58,306 nucleotides of DNA from Candidatus Eiseniibacteriota bacterium. GTDB lineage: Bacteria; Eisenbacteria; RBG-16-71-46. Each line of letters begins with the position of its first letter. The stretch's first letter is position 1. A program made the position numbers and the translations under genes. The stretch spans positions 1-58,306 of the forward strand of contig DASSIN010000161.1 in assembly GCA_035691845.1 (NCBI GenBank). Direction: 5' to 3'. Positions 36,062-44,388 of the stretch are shown here, piece by piece. A model generated the notes under the pieces. The model was not told the origin of the DNA and searched no databases. It worked only from the letters and a program-made list of their open reading frames with translations.

Positions 36062-36894
36062 GCCGGCTCGTGACGATGGTGCAGCTGTCGCTGCACGAGG
36101 CGCTGCGCCGGCGCATCCTCGGCGCCGCGCTGCTCGGCGCGCTGGCGTTCCTGGCGCTGTATGTGACCGGCTTTCACTTCGTGGCGCGCGAGCTGTCGCG
36201 GCACGGCCCCGCCTCCATCCTGCAGCGCCGGCTGGTGCTCAACTTCTTCACGCTGGCGGGCCTGTACGCCACCAACTTCCTGGGCGCGCTGTCGGCGGTG
36301 CTGCTGCCGCTCGACACGCTGTCGGGCGAGATCGCCTCGGGCGTGATCCAGACCGTGGCCGCGCGGCCCGTGCGCCGCACCGAGATCCTGCTCGGCAAGT
36401 GGCTCGCCTACTGGCTGATCGCCGTCGCATATCTGCTGACGGTGGCCGGCGGCGTGCTGGCGATCGCGCGCGGGCTGGGCGGATTCCAGATCCCGAATCC
36501 GGCCCTGGGCCTCGCGCTGATGATGCTCGAGGTGACCTGCCTGGTGTCGCTGTCGATCGCGGGCGGCGCGCGGCTGACCACCGTCACCAACGGCGTGGTG
36601 GCGTTCTCGCTCTACGGCCTGGCGTTCATCGGCGGCTGGATCGAGCAGGTGGGTGCACTCGCAAACAATGTCGCCGCCCGCAACGTGGGCACGATCGCGA
36701 GTCTGCTCGTCCCCACCGAGTCCATGTGGCAGCTGGCCGCGCACCTGATGCAGCCGCCGCTGATGGCGCAGCTCCACGTGACGCCGTTCTCGCCCGCCTC
36801 GGTGCCGAGCCCGGCGATGGTGGCATGGGCGGCCGGCTGGACGGTGGTCGTGCTCGCGATCGGCGTGCGGCAGTTCTCGCGCCGCGAGCTGTGA
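36058..36894 (+). CDS. ABC-2 type permease
   Basis: ATGA overlap with the ATPase; EIASGVI...RPVRRTEILLGKW; six hydrophobic segments; ends FSRREL. Confidence 0.9.
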   Translation: MSRLVTMVQLSLHEALRRRILGAALLGALAFLALYVTGFHFVARELSRHGPASILQRRLVLNFFTLAGLYATNFLGALSAVLLPLDTLSGEIASGVIQTVAARPVRRTEILLGKWLAYWLIAVAYLLTVAGGVLAIARGLGGFQIPNPALGLALMMLEVTCLVSLSIAGGARLTTVTNGVVAFSLYGLAFIGGWIEQVGALANNVAARNVGTIASLLVPTESMWQLAAHLMQPPLMAQLHVTPFSPASVPSPAMVAWAAGWTVVVLAIGVRQFSRREL

Positions 36895-36934
36895 TCCGCG
36901 CTCCGGCCGGGGGCGCTCGCGGGTTGCGCGTCCG

Positions 36935-38287
36935 TCAGCGCGCGCGCGCCGACCACGTCACGCGATACAGCTCGCCGGTGCCGGCCGGCAGGTGGCGCAC
37001 CACGATCGCGCGCAGGCCGGCGCCCACGCGCCGCGCGACGCCGTCGCTGCGCCCGATGCGATCCACCGCCTGCGCGCGCGCGGCCAGGTCGATCGTGAAC
37101 GACTGCGGCGCCTCGGTGTTCTGGTTGACGACCAGCAGGTAGCGGGTGCGCGCGCGCGCGCTCGCACGCAGCTCGCCCACCATGCACCAGCGGTTGTGCC
37201 CGCGCTCGCCCAGCACCGTGCGGGGCGCGGCCGCGCCACCCGGCAGCTCGTCGCCCACCAGCACCTGCGCCAGCGTGTCCTCGTGCATCACCGCCACCGA
37301 TTCGAGCGCGAGCAGCGTGCGCCCGAGCGCGTGCAGCTCGCGGTTCAGCGCGCGGATCGCGCTGTAGCGGCCGGGCGGCGCGGTGGTGGTGTCGCCCGTC
37401 GCCGACAGCAGGCCGTCGCGGTAGTTGCCGCCCGCGCCGAAATCGACCGGCGACACGGTCCAGTAGAAGATGCCCTTGGCGCCATAGGCGAGCGCCGTAT
37501 AGGCCGCGAATCGGATCTGGCCGAGCGTGGGCGTCGGGTTGGCGGGCGCGCTGGCGTTGCGCGCGAGCTGGATCCACACCCACACCGGCGTACGGCGCGC
37601 GGACGCGGCGTGGCGCGCCACCGCGTCGCGCACCACGCGCAGCGTGAAGTAGAAGTCGTCGCGCGGGACGGGCGGCTCGAACATGTAATGGTCAACGCTC
37701 ACGACCGGCGCCGGCTCGGCGCCGAACCGGGACAGAAACGATTCCACGTAGTCCGGATAGGCGGTCGCCTTGTCGGTGGGGAACGCATAGGCGGGGAACA
37801 GATTCGCGAGCGCGAGCGGCGGACTCGCGCGCGAGCGCGACACGCGCGCGACGCGCTCGGCCGCGAGCGGCGTCTGCGCGGCCGAGGGCTCGTCCCACAC
37901 CCACAGCTCGCGCGACGTGGGATAGCGCAGCAGCGAGTCGAGCACCGCCACGCTGTCCACTCCGTAGCCCAGCATCCGCAGATGAAAGCGCGGGCCCTGG
38001 AGCTTGAGCAGCGTGCGCGCCGCGAGCGCGCGCTCGCGCTGGGAGCCCTCGTAGCCGCCGACGGGCGCGGGGACGACGAGGTCCAGGCCCGCCTGGTCGA
38101 GCCGCCGGAACACGGCCGGGTCGCCGAAGCTGGTCGAGCCGAAGCCGCCGACCATGAACTGCGTCTGCCGCCATGGCGAACCGTGCGCGGCCCCGGCGAT
38201 CGCGGCCAGCAGCAGCGCCGCCGCCAACGGCGCCCCTCCGGGCGTGCGCCGTCTCGTGGCGATCCGTGACGCCCAGCGCTTCGCCAA
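36935..38287 (-). CDS. Secreted glycoside-hydrolase-like TIM-barrel protein (related to 5770..7308, no CTD); start approximate
   Basis: Signal-like LAAALLLAAIAGAAHG; WVWDEP, VSVDHYMF, ALAYGAKGIFYW, C-terminal beta domain ending LPAGTGELYR. Confidence 0.75.
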   Translation of the reverse strand: MAKRWASRIATRRRTPGGAPLAAALLLAAIAGAAHGSPWRQTQFMVGGFGSTSFGDPAVFRRLDQAGLDLVVPAPVGGYEGSQRERALAARTLLKLQGPRFHLRMLGYGVDSVAVLDSLLRYPTSRELWVWDEPSAAQTPLAAERVARVSRSRASPPLALANLFPAYAFPTDKATAYPDYVESFLSRFGAEPAPVVSVDHYMFEPPVPRDDFYFTLRVVRDAVARHAASARRTPVWVWIQLARNASAPANPTPTLGQIRFAAYTALAYGAKGIFYWTVSPVDFGAGGNYRDGLLSATGDTTTAPPGRYSAIRALNRELHALGRTLLALESVAVMHEDTLAQVLVGDELPGGAAAPRTVLGERGHNRWCMVGELRASARARTRYLLVVNQNTEAPQSFTIDLAARAQAVDRIGRSDGVARRVGAGLRAIVVRHLPAGTGELYRVTWSARAR

Positions 38288-38439
38288 TGTTCGCCCCCTC
38301 GCGCTCGCGCGGTCCTCGCGGCGGGCACCGTACCGCAGCGCGCGCCGGCATCGCCATGGTCGCCGCGCGCCGCCCCGCGCTGTTACACTCGTGAGCGCCG
38401 CGGCAGCGGACGCCCCACCCGATCGCGGCTGGAGGAGCC

Positions 38440-38859
38440 ATGCGTCCGCAGCTCGTGCGTTTCAGCCTCGTCCTCTGTGCCCTGGCCGTCGCGTCGTGCA
38501 GCAGCAAGAGCGGCCCCACGTATCCGTCGTCGTCAACGGGCGGCGGGCCGCTGTCCGGCAGCCTCGCCGGCAGCGGCGCCCAGTACGCCCACGCGTTCGC
38601 CACCGCCGGCACGTTCCACTACGCGTGCACGATCCATCCCGCGTGCGCGAGCCTGCAGGGCACGATCGTGGTGGTGGCCCCGGGCACGCCGATCACGAAC
38701 CGCGTGCTCGCGATCTCGATCGACGGCGGCAGCGCCGGGGGTCCGTACGGTGGCGCGACCTGTTCGTCGCTGTCCACGCAGCTCGACACCGTGCAGGTCG
38801 GCGATCAGGTGACGTGGACCAACAACAGCACCCTGCCGCACAACGTGACGAGCCAGTAG
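38440..38859 (+). CDS. Lipoprotein with circularly permuted cupredoxin (plastocyanin/amicyanin-like) domain
   Basis: GGAGG RBS; lipobox VASC (Cys20); YAHAFATAGTFHYACTIHP...GTIVV precedes VQVGDQVTWTNNSTLPHNVTS, the reverse of the normal order. Confidence 0.85.
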   Translation: MRPQLVRFSLVLCALAVASCSSKSGPTYPSSSTGGGPLSGSLAGSGAQYAHAFATAGTFHYACTIHPACASLQGTIVVVAPGTPITNRVLAISIDGGSAGGPYGGATCSSLSTQLDTVQVGDQVTWTNNSTLPHNVTSQ

Positions 38860-38866
38860 CCCCGCG

Positions 38867-39853
38867 CTACTTCGGCCCGCGCCGCAGCGATTCGAGCTGT
38901 GCGCGCGCCTCGGCGTCCGCCGAGTCGAGGGCGGCGGCCCTCGTGTAGGCGGCGATCGCCCTGTCGCGATCGCCGGTGGCCGCGTAGCCCGCGCCCAGCC
39001 CGTCCTGCGCACCGGCCGAACGGGGATGCTCCGACGCGTTCAGCTCGAACACCGCCACCGCCGCGGCCGCGTGTCCACCGCCGATCAGCGCGTGGCCCAG
39101 GTCGTCGAGCAGGTTCTCGTTGACCACCGCCGGCCCGTACTCCGCCGTCAGCCGCCGGTACGCGGCGCGGCCCGAATCGGCACTGCCCGAGTTGAACGCC
39201 AGCGCCATCGCCGCCGCCGCGTGCTGGCGTTTGGCGAACGCCGAGCCCGGGTTCATCTCGACATTGAATGCCAGCAGCCTGACCGCGTCGTCCGGGTGCC
39301 CGTCGGCGCGCACCAAGGTGGCCACGTCCACCAGCGGCACCTCGCCGAAGTCGTAGGTAAAGCGTCCGTAGTAGCGATCCCGCAGCGCGTGGTAGCGGGC
39401 GAGCGTGGTGTCGAGTCCGCCCTCCACGTACGCCGCCGCGAGCACGTCCTGCAGCATGCGCGGCTGCGGCGCGCCGCGATGGCAGGTGGCGCACTGCACG
39501 TGCACGGCCGGGTCGGAGCGGTGCGCGAGGCTCGCCAGGTACTTGTCGTTCAGGTCGCGCGTCATCTGCATCATCACGCGCGCCGTGCGCTTGGGCGGCT
39601 TGTCGTCCCGCGCGAAGTCCTCGTGTCGTGGTCCCGGCCCTTCCTCGATCACGTGGCAATACGCGCACCGCACGCCGAGCGCGCGCGTGAACCCGGACAT
39701 CGTGGCGCGCAGCTCGGCGGGGGAGACGTCCTTCGGCAGCACCTTCAGGTTGGTGAACTTCTCCGGCGGCCGCGCCTGGCCCATTGCCGCGAGCGCCGTC
39801 GCCGCCAGGATCAGCGCCGCCGCCGCGCGGCGAAACCATGCAGATCGGATCAT
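38867..39853 (-). CDS. Dihaem c-type cytochrome (reaction-centre cytochrome c family) fused to TPR-like repeats
   Basis: Signal peptide; NLKVLPKD, ALGVRCAYCH, VQCATCHRG; helical C-terminus with TPR-like pattern (AQDGLGAGYAATGDRDRAIAAYTRA). Confidence 0.88.
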   Translation of the reverse strand: MIRSAWFRRAAAALILAATALAAMGQARPPEKFTNLKVLPKDVSPAELRATMSGFTRALGVRCAYCHVIEEGPGPRHEDFARDDKPPKRTARVMMQMTRDLNDKYLASLAHRSDPAVHVQCATCHRGAPQPRMLQDVLAAAYVEGGLDTTLARYHALRDRYYGRFTYDFGEVPLVDVATLVRADGHPDDAVRLLAFNVEMNPGSAFAKRQHAAAAMALAFNSGSADSGRAAYRRLTAEYGPAVVNENLLDDLGHALIGGGHAAAAVAVFELNASEHPRSAGAQDGLGAGYAATGDRDRAIAAYTRAAALDSADAEARAQLESLRRGPK

Positions 39854-39972
39854 GCGCGCCACGCTGGGGCCACGCGCGCCGCGCCGTCAACGACAATCCG
39901 CCGCGCGCCGGCCGGCCGCGTACGAGCGCCGGCCTTCGCCCCGGGCCGGCCGCTCGTGCGACAGTGCCGCGC

Positions 39973-41277
39973 ATGACCCGCACCGTGATCGTGGTGGGCG
40001 CCGGCGCCGCCGGCCTGACCGCCTCACTGCGCGCCGCGGAATCGGGCGCCCGCGTCACGTTGGTGAACGCGCACCCCAGGATCGGGCTCAAGATCCTGAT
40101 GTCGGGCGGCACGCGCTGCAACGTCACGCATGCGGAAGTCACCGAGCGCGATTACCACGGCGGCTCGCGGCACTTCGTGGCGCGCGTGCTGCGCGCGTTC
40201 TCCGCCCAGGCCGCGCGCGCGTGGATGGAATCGCTCGGCGTGCACTTGAAGCTCGAACCCACCGGCAAGCTGTTCCCCGAGACCGACGACGCCCGGGCCG
40301 TGCTCGACGCGCTGCTCGCCGCCGTCGCGCGCGCGGGCGTGGAGGTGCGCGCGGGCGCGCGGGTCGTGCGGCTCGAGCGCGCCGATGCGCCGGGGTCGCG
40401 CTGGCGGCTCGGCGTCCAGCGCGTGGCGGCGAGCAGCGCGTTCCCGTCGTCGGTGGCCGCCGTCGGCGTCAGCGAATGGCCGCTGCCCGCGATCGCGCCC
40501 GACGAGTGGCTCGAGGCCGATGCCGTGATCCTCGCCACCGGCGGGCTGTCGTTCCCGCGCACCGGCAGCGACGGCGTTGGCTTCGCGCTGGCGCGCGCAC
40601 TCGGCCACACCATCGTGCCCACCACGCCAGCGCTCACGCCGCTCGCCGCCGCCGATCCGCTGTGCGGCTTGCTGCAGGGGGTCACGCTGGAGGCCGAGCT
40701 GACGCTGTGGACGGACGAACGCCGCACCGAGACCGTGCGCGGCTCGCTCCTGTTCACCCACTTCGGCTACTCGGGCCCGCCCGCGCTCGATCTGTCGGGC
40801 GCATGGCTGCGCGCCGAGGGCGCGCGCCGCGTCACCGCCAGCTTCCTGCCCGGCGAGCGCGAGGACGCGCTGCGCGAGCAGTGGGTGCGCGCCGGCGGCG
40901 CGCAGCCGGCGCTCACCGTGCGGCGCTGGCTGGGCGAGCGGCTGCCCGATGCGCTGGTCGTGGCGCTGGCGGCCGAGTGCGCGCTCGATCCCGCCACGCG
41001 CCTGGCCCAGGTCGGCCGCGCCCAGCGCCGCGACCTGTGCGACCGCCTGCTCGAGCGCGAGCTGCACGTCACCGGCACGCTCGGCTACGAAAAGGCGGAA
41101 GCCACCGCCGGCGGCGTCGCGTTGTCCGAGGTCGACCCGGGCACGCTGGAATCACGCAAAGCGCCCGGCGTCCACCTGTGCGGCGAGATGCTGGACGTGG
41201 ACGGCAGGCTCGGCGGATTCAACTTCCAGTGGGCGTGGTCGAGCGGGACGGTGGCGGGGCGGGCGGCGGGACGATGA
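39973..41277 (+). CDS. HI0933/YhiN (BaiN)-family flavoprotein
   Basis: VVGAGAAG, KILMSGGTRCNVT, GKLFP, LATGGLSFPRTGSDG, LFTHFGYSGP, ATAGGV, GEMLDVDGRLGGFNFQWAWSSG. Confidence 0.93.
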   Translation: MTRTVIVVGAGAAGLTASLRAAESGARVTLVNAHPRIGLKILMSGGTRCNVTHAEVTERDYHGGSRHFVARVLRAFSAQAARAWMESLGVHLKLEPTGKLFPETDDARAVLDALLAAVARAGVEVRAGARVVRLERADAPGSRWRLGVQRVAASSAFPSSVAAVGVSEWPLPAIAPDEWLEADAVILATGGLSFPRTGSDGVGFALARALGHTIVPTTPALTPLAAADPLCGLLQGVTLEAELTLWTDERRTETVRGSLLFTHFGYSGPPALDLSGAWLRAEGARRVTASFLPGEREDALREQWVRAGGAQPALTVRRWLGERLPDALVVALAAECALDPATRLAQVGRAQRRDLCDRLLERELHVTGTLGYEKAEATAGGVALSEVDPGTLESRKAPGVHLCGEMLDVDGRLGGFNFQWAWSSGTVAGRAAGR

Positions 41278-41301
41278 GGCCGTTCCGCCGCTGCTGAGGG
41301 G

Positions 41302-43047
41302 CTAGTCGAGGACCGCCACCCGGATCCCTCGCACTCCCGTGCCCTGGCGCAGTCGAACCAAGTAGATCCCCGGGGCGATGTGCCGGTCTTTCCCGAGTTC
41401 GAGCGTGTAGGTTCCGGGAGCAAATGCATCCAGCGCGCGCGCCCAGATGCGACGTCCGGCGACGTCGAGCAGCTCCAGCGAGCCGGAGCCACCCGGACCG
41501 AGCGAGAACCGCACCGAGATTCGCCCGGAGCGGGCCGGATTCGGACCCGCCAGATCCAGACTCATCGAAGCGTGCGCGTCGGGCCTCACGCCCGCCGTGC
41601 CGCCGCCGAGCCCGCCGGAAGACAAGATGCGCTGGGCGTAGATGTCCGTCGTGCCATTTCGCATGTCCTGCCAGGTGACGATCGCGCCGCCCGAACCGTC
41701 CGTCGTGATCATCGGCAGGTACTGGGTTTCAGCAGCCGTCGAGACGGGCGTTCCTTTGGTCGCCGCGCTCCAGAGCACGGAACCGGCGGAATTGACGCGC
41801 CGCGCGTACACGTCCGCGTTGGCGCCGTCCACCCGGTAGTCGGCCCACGCCACGATTGCCCCGCCCGCGCCGTCGGTCGTCACCACCGGAGACTGCTGCA
41901 TCCCGGCGAAGTCGCAGACCGCCACGCCCGACGCGGCCCACTGCGCCACGCCGGCCGAAGAGATCCGCTGTGCGCGGATGTCTGCCTGGCTGGTGGAGAA
42001 GTGGCTGAAATCCACCCACGCGACGATGGCTCCACCCGCTCCGTCCGCGACGATCGAAGGAAGCGTTTCGCCGGCAGCATCCGACATGGGCACGCCGTCG
42101 GCGGCCCACTGGACGCTGCCGGTGGACGAGATCCTCTGTGCGTAGATCTTCTCCGCCGAGCGCAGGTCGTCCCAGGCGACGATGGCCCCACCCGATCCGT
42201 CCGCGGCGATCGCCGCGCTGGTCTGATCGTTCGCCGCGTTGCAGAGCGCGACGCCGTTGGTCGTCCATAGCCGGTTGCCGCCGGCGTCGACGCGCTGCGC
42301 GTAGATGTCGCGGTTCGAACTCCCATTGCGGGCATCCGCCCACGTGATGATCCCGCCACCGACGCCGTCGGGAACGATCATCGGGTACTGCTGGCTTCCA
42401 GCGGCGACGCAGATCGGCACACCGTCGGCCTCCCAGATGGGATTGCCCAGGGCCGTGACCCGCCGGGCGTAGATGTCTCCGATCACCTGAGTGGGATCGT
42501 CGCGTCGATCCCACCACGTGATGATCGCGCCACCCGCCCCGTCCGAAATCACGGCCTCGTCGTGCTGGGGCCCGGGGGCGGTGCACACCGGCACGCCGTT
42601 CGGGTCCCAGAGGAGCTCGCCGTTGGCCGAAAGGTGCTGGCAGTAGATGTCGGAGAGCCCCGCGCGCGAATCGTTCCAGGTGACGATCGCGCCTCCCGAG
42701 CCGTCGCTCGTGATGTGGGGAACCAGTTGATCGCCCGTCCCCGTGCAGATCGGGATTCCGTCCGGGCCCCACTGCGCGACGCCGTCGGCCGAGACGCGCT
42801 GGGCGAAGATCTGGTAGTTGGATTCGTTCCGGTAGTCCTGCCAGACGATGAACGCCCCGCCCGTTCCGTCGGGGAGGATCGCGGGGAACTCCTGGTCGAA
42901 GTCCGCGGTGCACACGCCCAGGTTGACCGTGGGATCGCTTGGCCAGGCCGCGACCGCTGGGGAGGGAGCCGCGATGCAGGCGAGCACGGCGGCCAGCCCG
43001 ATCCAACGCCGCGGCGCCATCGTTCGGATGTGTGGGTGATCTCGCAT
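41302..43047 (-). CDS. Secreted repeat (probable 8-bladed beta-propeller) protein with short T9SS-like CTD
   Basis: Signal peptide; eight ~55-aa repeats DGxGGAIVxWxDxR...DIYAQRV...G...W; CTD GPNPARS...LLDVAGRR...PGIYLVRL; GGAAGGAG RBS. Confidence 0.88.
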   Translation of the reverse strand: MRDHPHIRTMAPRRWIGLAAVLACIAAPSPAVAAWPSDPTVNLGVCTADFDQEFPAILPDGTGGAFIVWQDYRNESNYQIFAQRVSADGVAQWGPDGIPICTGTGDQLVPHITSDGSGGAIVTWNDSRAGLSDIYCQHLSANGELLWDPNGVPVCTAPGPQHDEAVISDGAGGAIITWWDRRDDPTQVIGDIYARRVTALGNPIWEADGVPICVAAGSQQYPMIVPDGVGGGIITWADARNGSSNRDIYAQRVDAGGNRLWTTNGVALCNAANDQTSAAIAADGSGGAIVAWDDLRSAEKIYAQRISSTGSVQWAADGVPMSDAAGETLPSIVADGAGGAIVAWVDFSHFSTSQADIRAQRISSAGVAQWAASGVAVCDFAGMQQSPVVTTDGAGGAIVAWADYRVDGANADVYARRVNSAGSVLWSAATKGTPVSTAAETQYLPMITTDGSGGAIVTWQDMRNGTTDIYAQRILSSGGLGGGTAGVRPDAHASMSLDLAGPNPARSGRISVRFSLGPGGSGSLELLDVAGRRIWARALDAFAPGTYTLELGKDRHIAPGIYLVRLRQGTGVRGIRVAVLD

Positions 43048-43092
43048 GCAGCACTCTCCTTCCAGCGTCGTTTCCGATGCGGGACCGCTCCG

Positions 43093-44163
43093 CTAACGCA
43101 GCCGCACGATCCGCTGAACGGCGCCGCGGCCGCCCGCTTCGGCTCTTGCGAAGAACACGCCGCAGCCCGCCGGCGATCCGGCATTGGTGCGACCGTCCCA
43201 TGCGAGCATGAGATTTCCCGCTTCGTGCCAGCCCTTGGCAAGCGTGCGGACCCGCCGGCCAGAAAGGTCGAAGATCGCCACGTCGATTGGGCCGGCGGCA
43301 GGCAGCACACACGCGAGCTGCGTGGGCCCGGCCGCGGGATTCGCTCCGGCCATGCTCAGCGAGAGCTCAGCCGCGGCCCTCGGCCCGCCGACGCCGGCCG
43401 GGGGGGACCAGATGCTGTTCGCGATGGACCACGACGCCGAGTTCAGCGTGTAACCGTTGGGCAGATCCATGACCGGACCGAACGACTCGTCCAACAGCGC
43501 CGTCACCGTTGCCTCGGCCAGGCCGGGGTTGTAGCTGACGTTTCCGTACGTTCCTGCGTCGGCCTGCAGGCTGAACGACACGCCGAATGGTGAGTTGACC
43601 GGGAAGCTTCCGGTCAGGCTCACCGGCACCCGGATCGACGTTCCCGACGCGGCGGCGAAGAGGCCGGTGCCGTGCGGGCCATTCGAGTCCAGCGTAAAGT
43701 CGCCGTAGGTGCCGATGCCGTTGACGTTCAGGTTCGCCCAGACGTGCGACTGTCCGCCGGCGGGCGGGAACCCGCCCTCCAGCCGGAGCGCCGCCGACAC
43801 CAGCAGGCGGAGCGTTCCCGTCACGGAGCCGCCCGGTCCGCTGATGACGAAATCGTCGGTGCTCGTGCCGGCGTAGGTCTCGCCACCGCCGCCGCCCGAG
43901 AGTCCGTTCGACCACTCCGTATCGATGTGACAGGAGGCCGTGTTCACCCCGTTGTCGCTCGCTCCGTGGCCGGTATACCAGCTCGTGCTGTTGCTGCTGC
44001 TCACCTCGAAGTTGCCGTCGCGCGAGAACGGCGTGCCCTGGATCGCCGTGTTGTAGTTGAGGTCGACGCGATAACTCGGGGCCGCGAAGCTGGCCCCGGC
44101 CCCGGCCGCGAGGGCCAGGATGGCAAGGCCGACGATGCGGTTCGACCGCTCGATGCGACTCAC
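43093..44163 (-). CDS. Secreted Gly/Ser/Thr-rich beta protein with FlgD/T9SS-like CTD
   Basis: GAGGAGG RBS, signal peptide; CTD ANPAAG...IFDLSGRRVRTL...WDGRTNAG...GVFFAR. Confidence 0.82.
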   Translation of the reverse strand: MSRIERSNRIVGLAILALAAGAGASFAAPSYRVDLNYNTAIQGTPFSRDGNFEVSSSNSTSWYTGHGASDNGVNTASCHIDTEWSNGLSGGGGGETYAGTSTDDFVISGPGGSVTGTLRLLVSAALRLEGGFPPAGGQSHVWANLNVNGIGTYGDFTLDSNGPHGTGLFAAASGTSIRVPVSLTGSFPVNSPFGVSFSLQADAGTYGNVSYNPGLAEATVTALLDESFGPVMDLPNGYTLNSASWSIANSIWSPPAGVGGPRAAAELSLSMAGANPAAGPTQLACVLPAAGPIDVAIFDLSGRRVRTLAKGWHEAGNLMLAWDGRTNAGSPAGCGVFFARAEAGGRGAVQRIVRLR

Positions 44164-44388
44164 GGAAGTGCCCTCCTCACGGCTGCGAGCCCGCCCAACG
44201 ATCCGATCCTGGACTTCCGGGACCGGCGCCTACGAGTCCCAAAGCGCAATTCGCGGACGAATCGGACCATCGGGCGCCCGCGGCGGCCCGAGGGGTTGGA
44301 AACGCACGCTCCACCATGATGCAATCGACGCAGCGGGCGAGCCGGTCGTAGGATCGAGCCGCAATGGACCCCGGAGGCCGATCCGACG

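Noticed and set aside
38867-39853. Reaction-centre-type cytochrome as evidence for phototrophy
   Set aside because: Only two haem motifs, fused to TPR, with no puf, bch or crt genes in the window; this domain also occurs in non-phototrophs.
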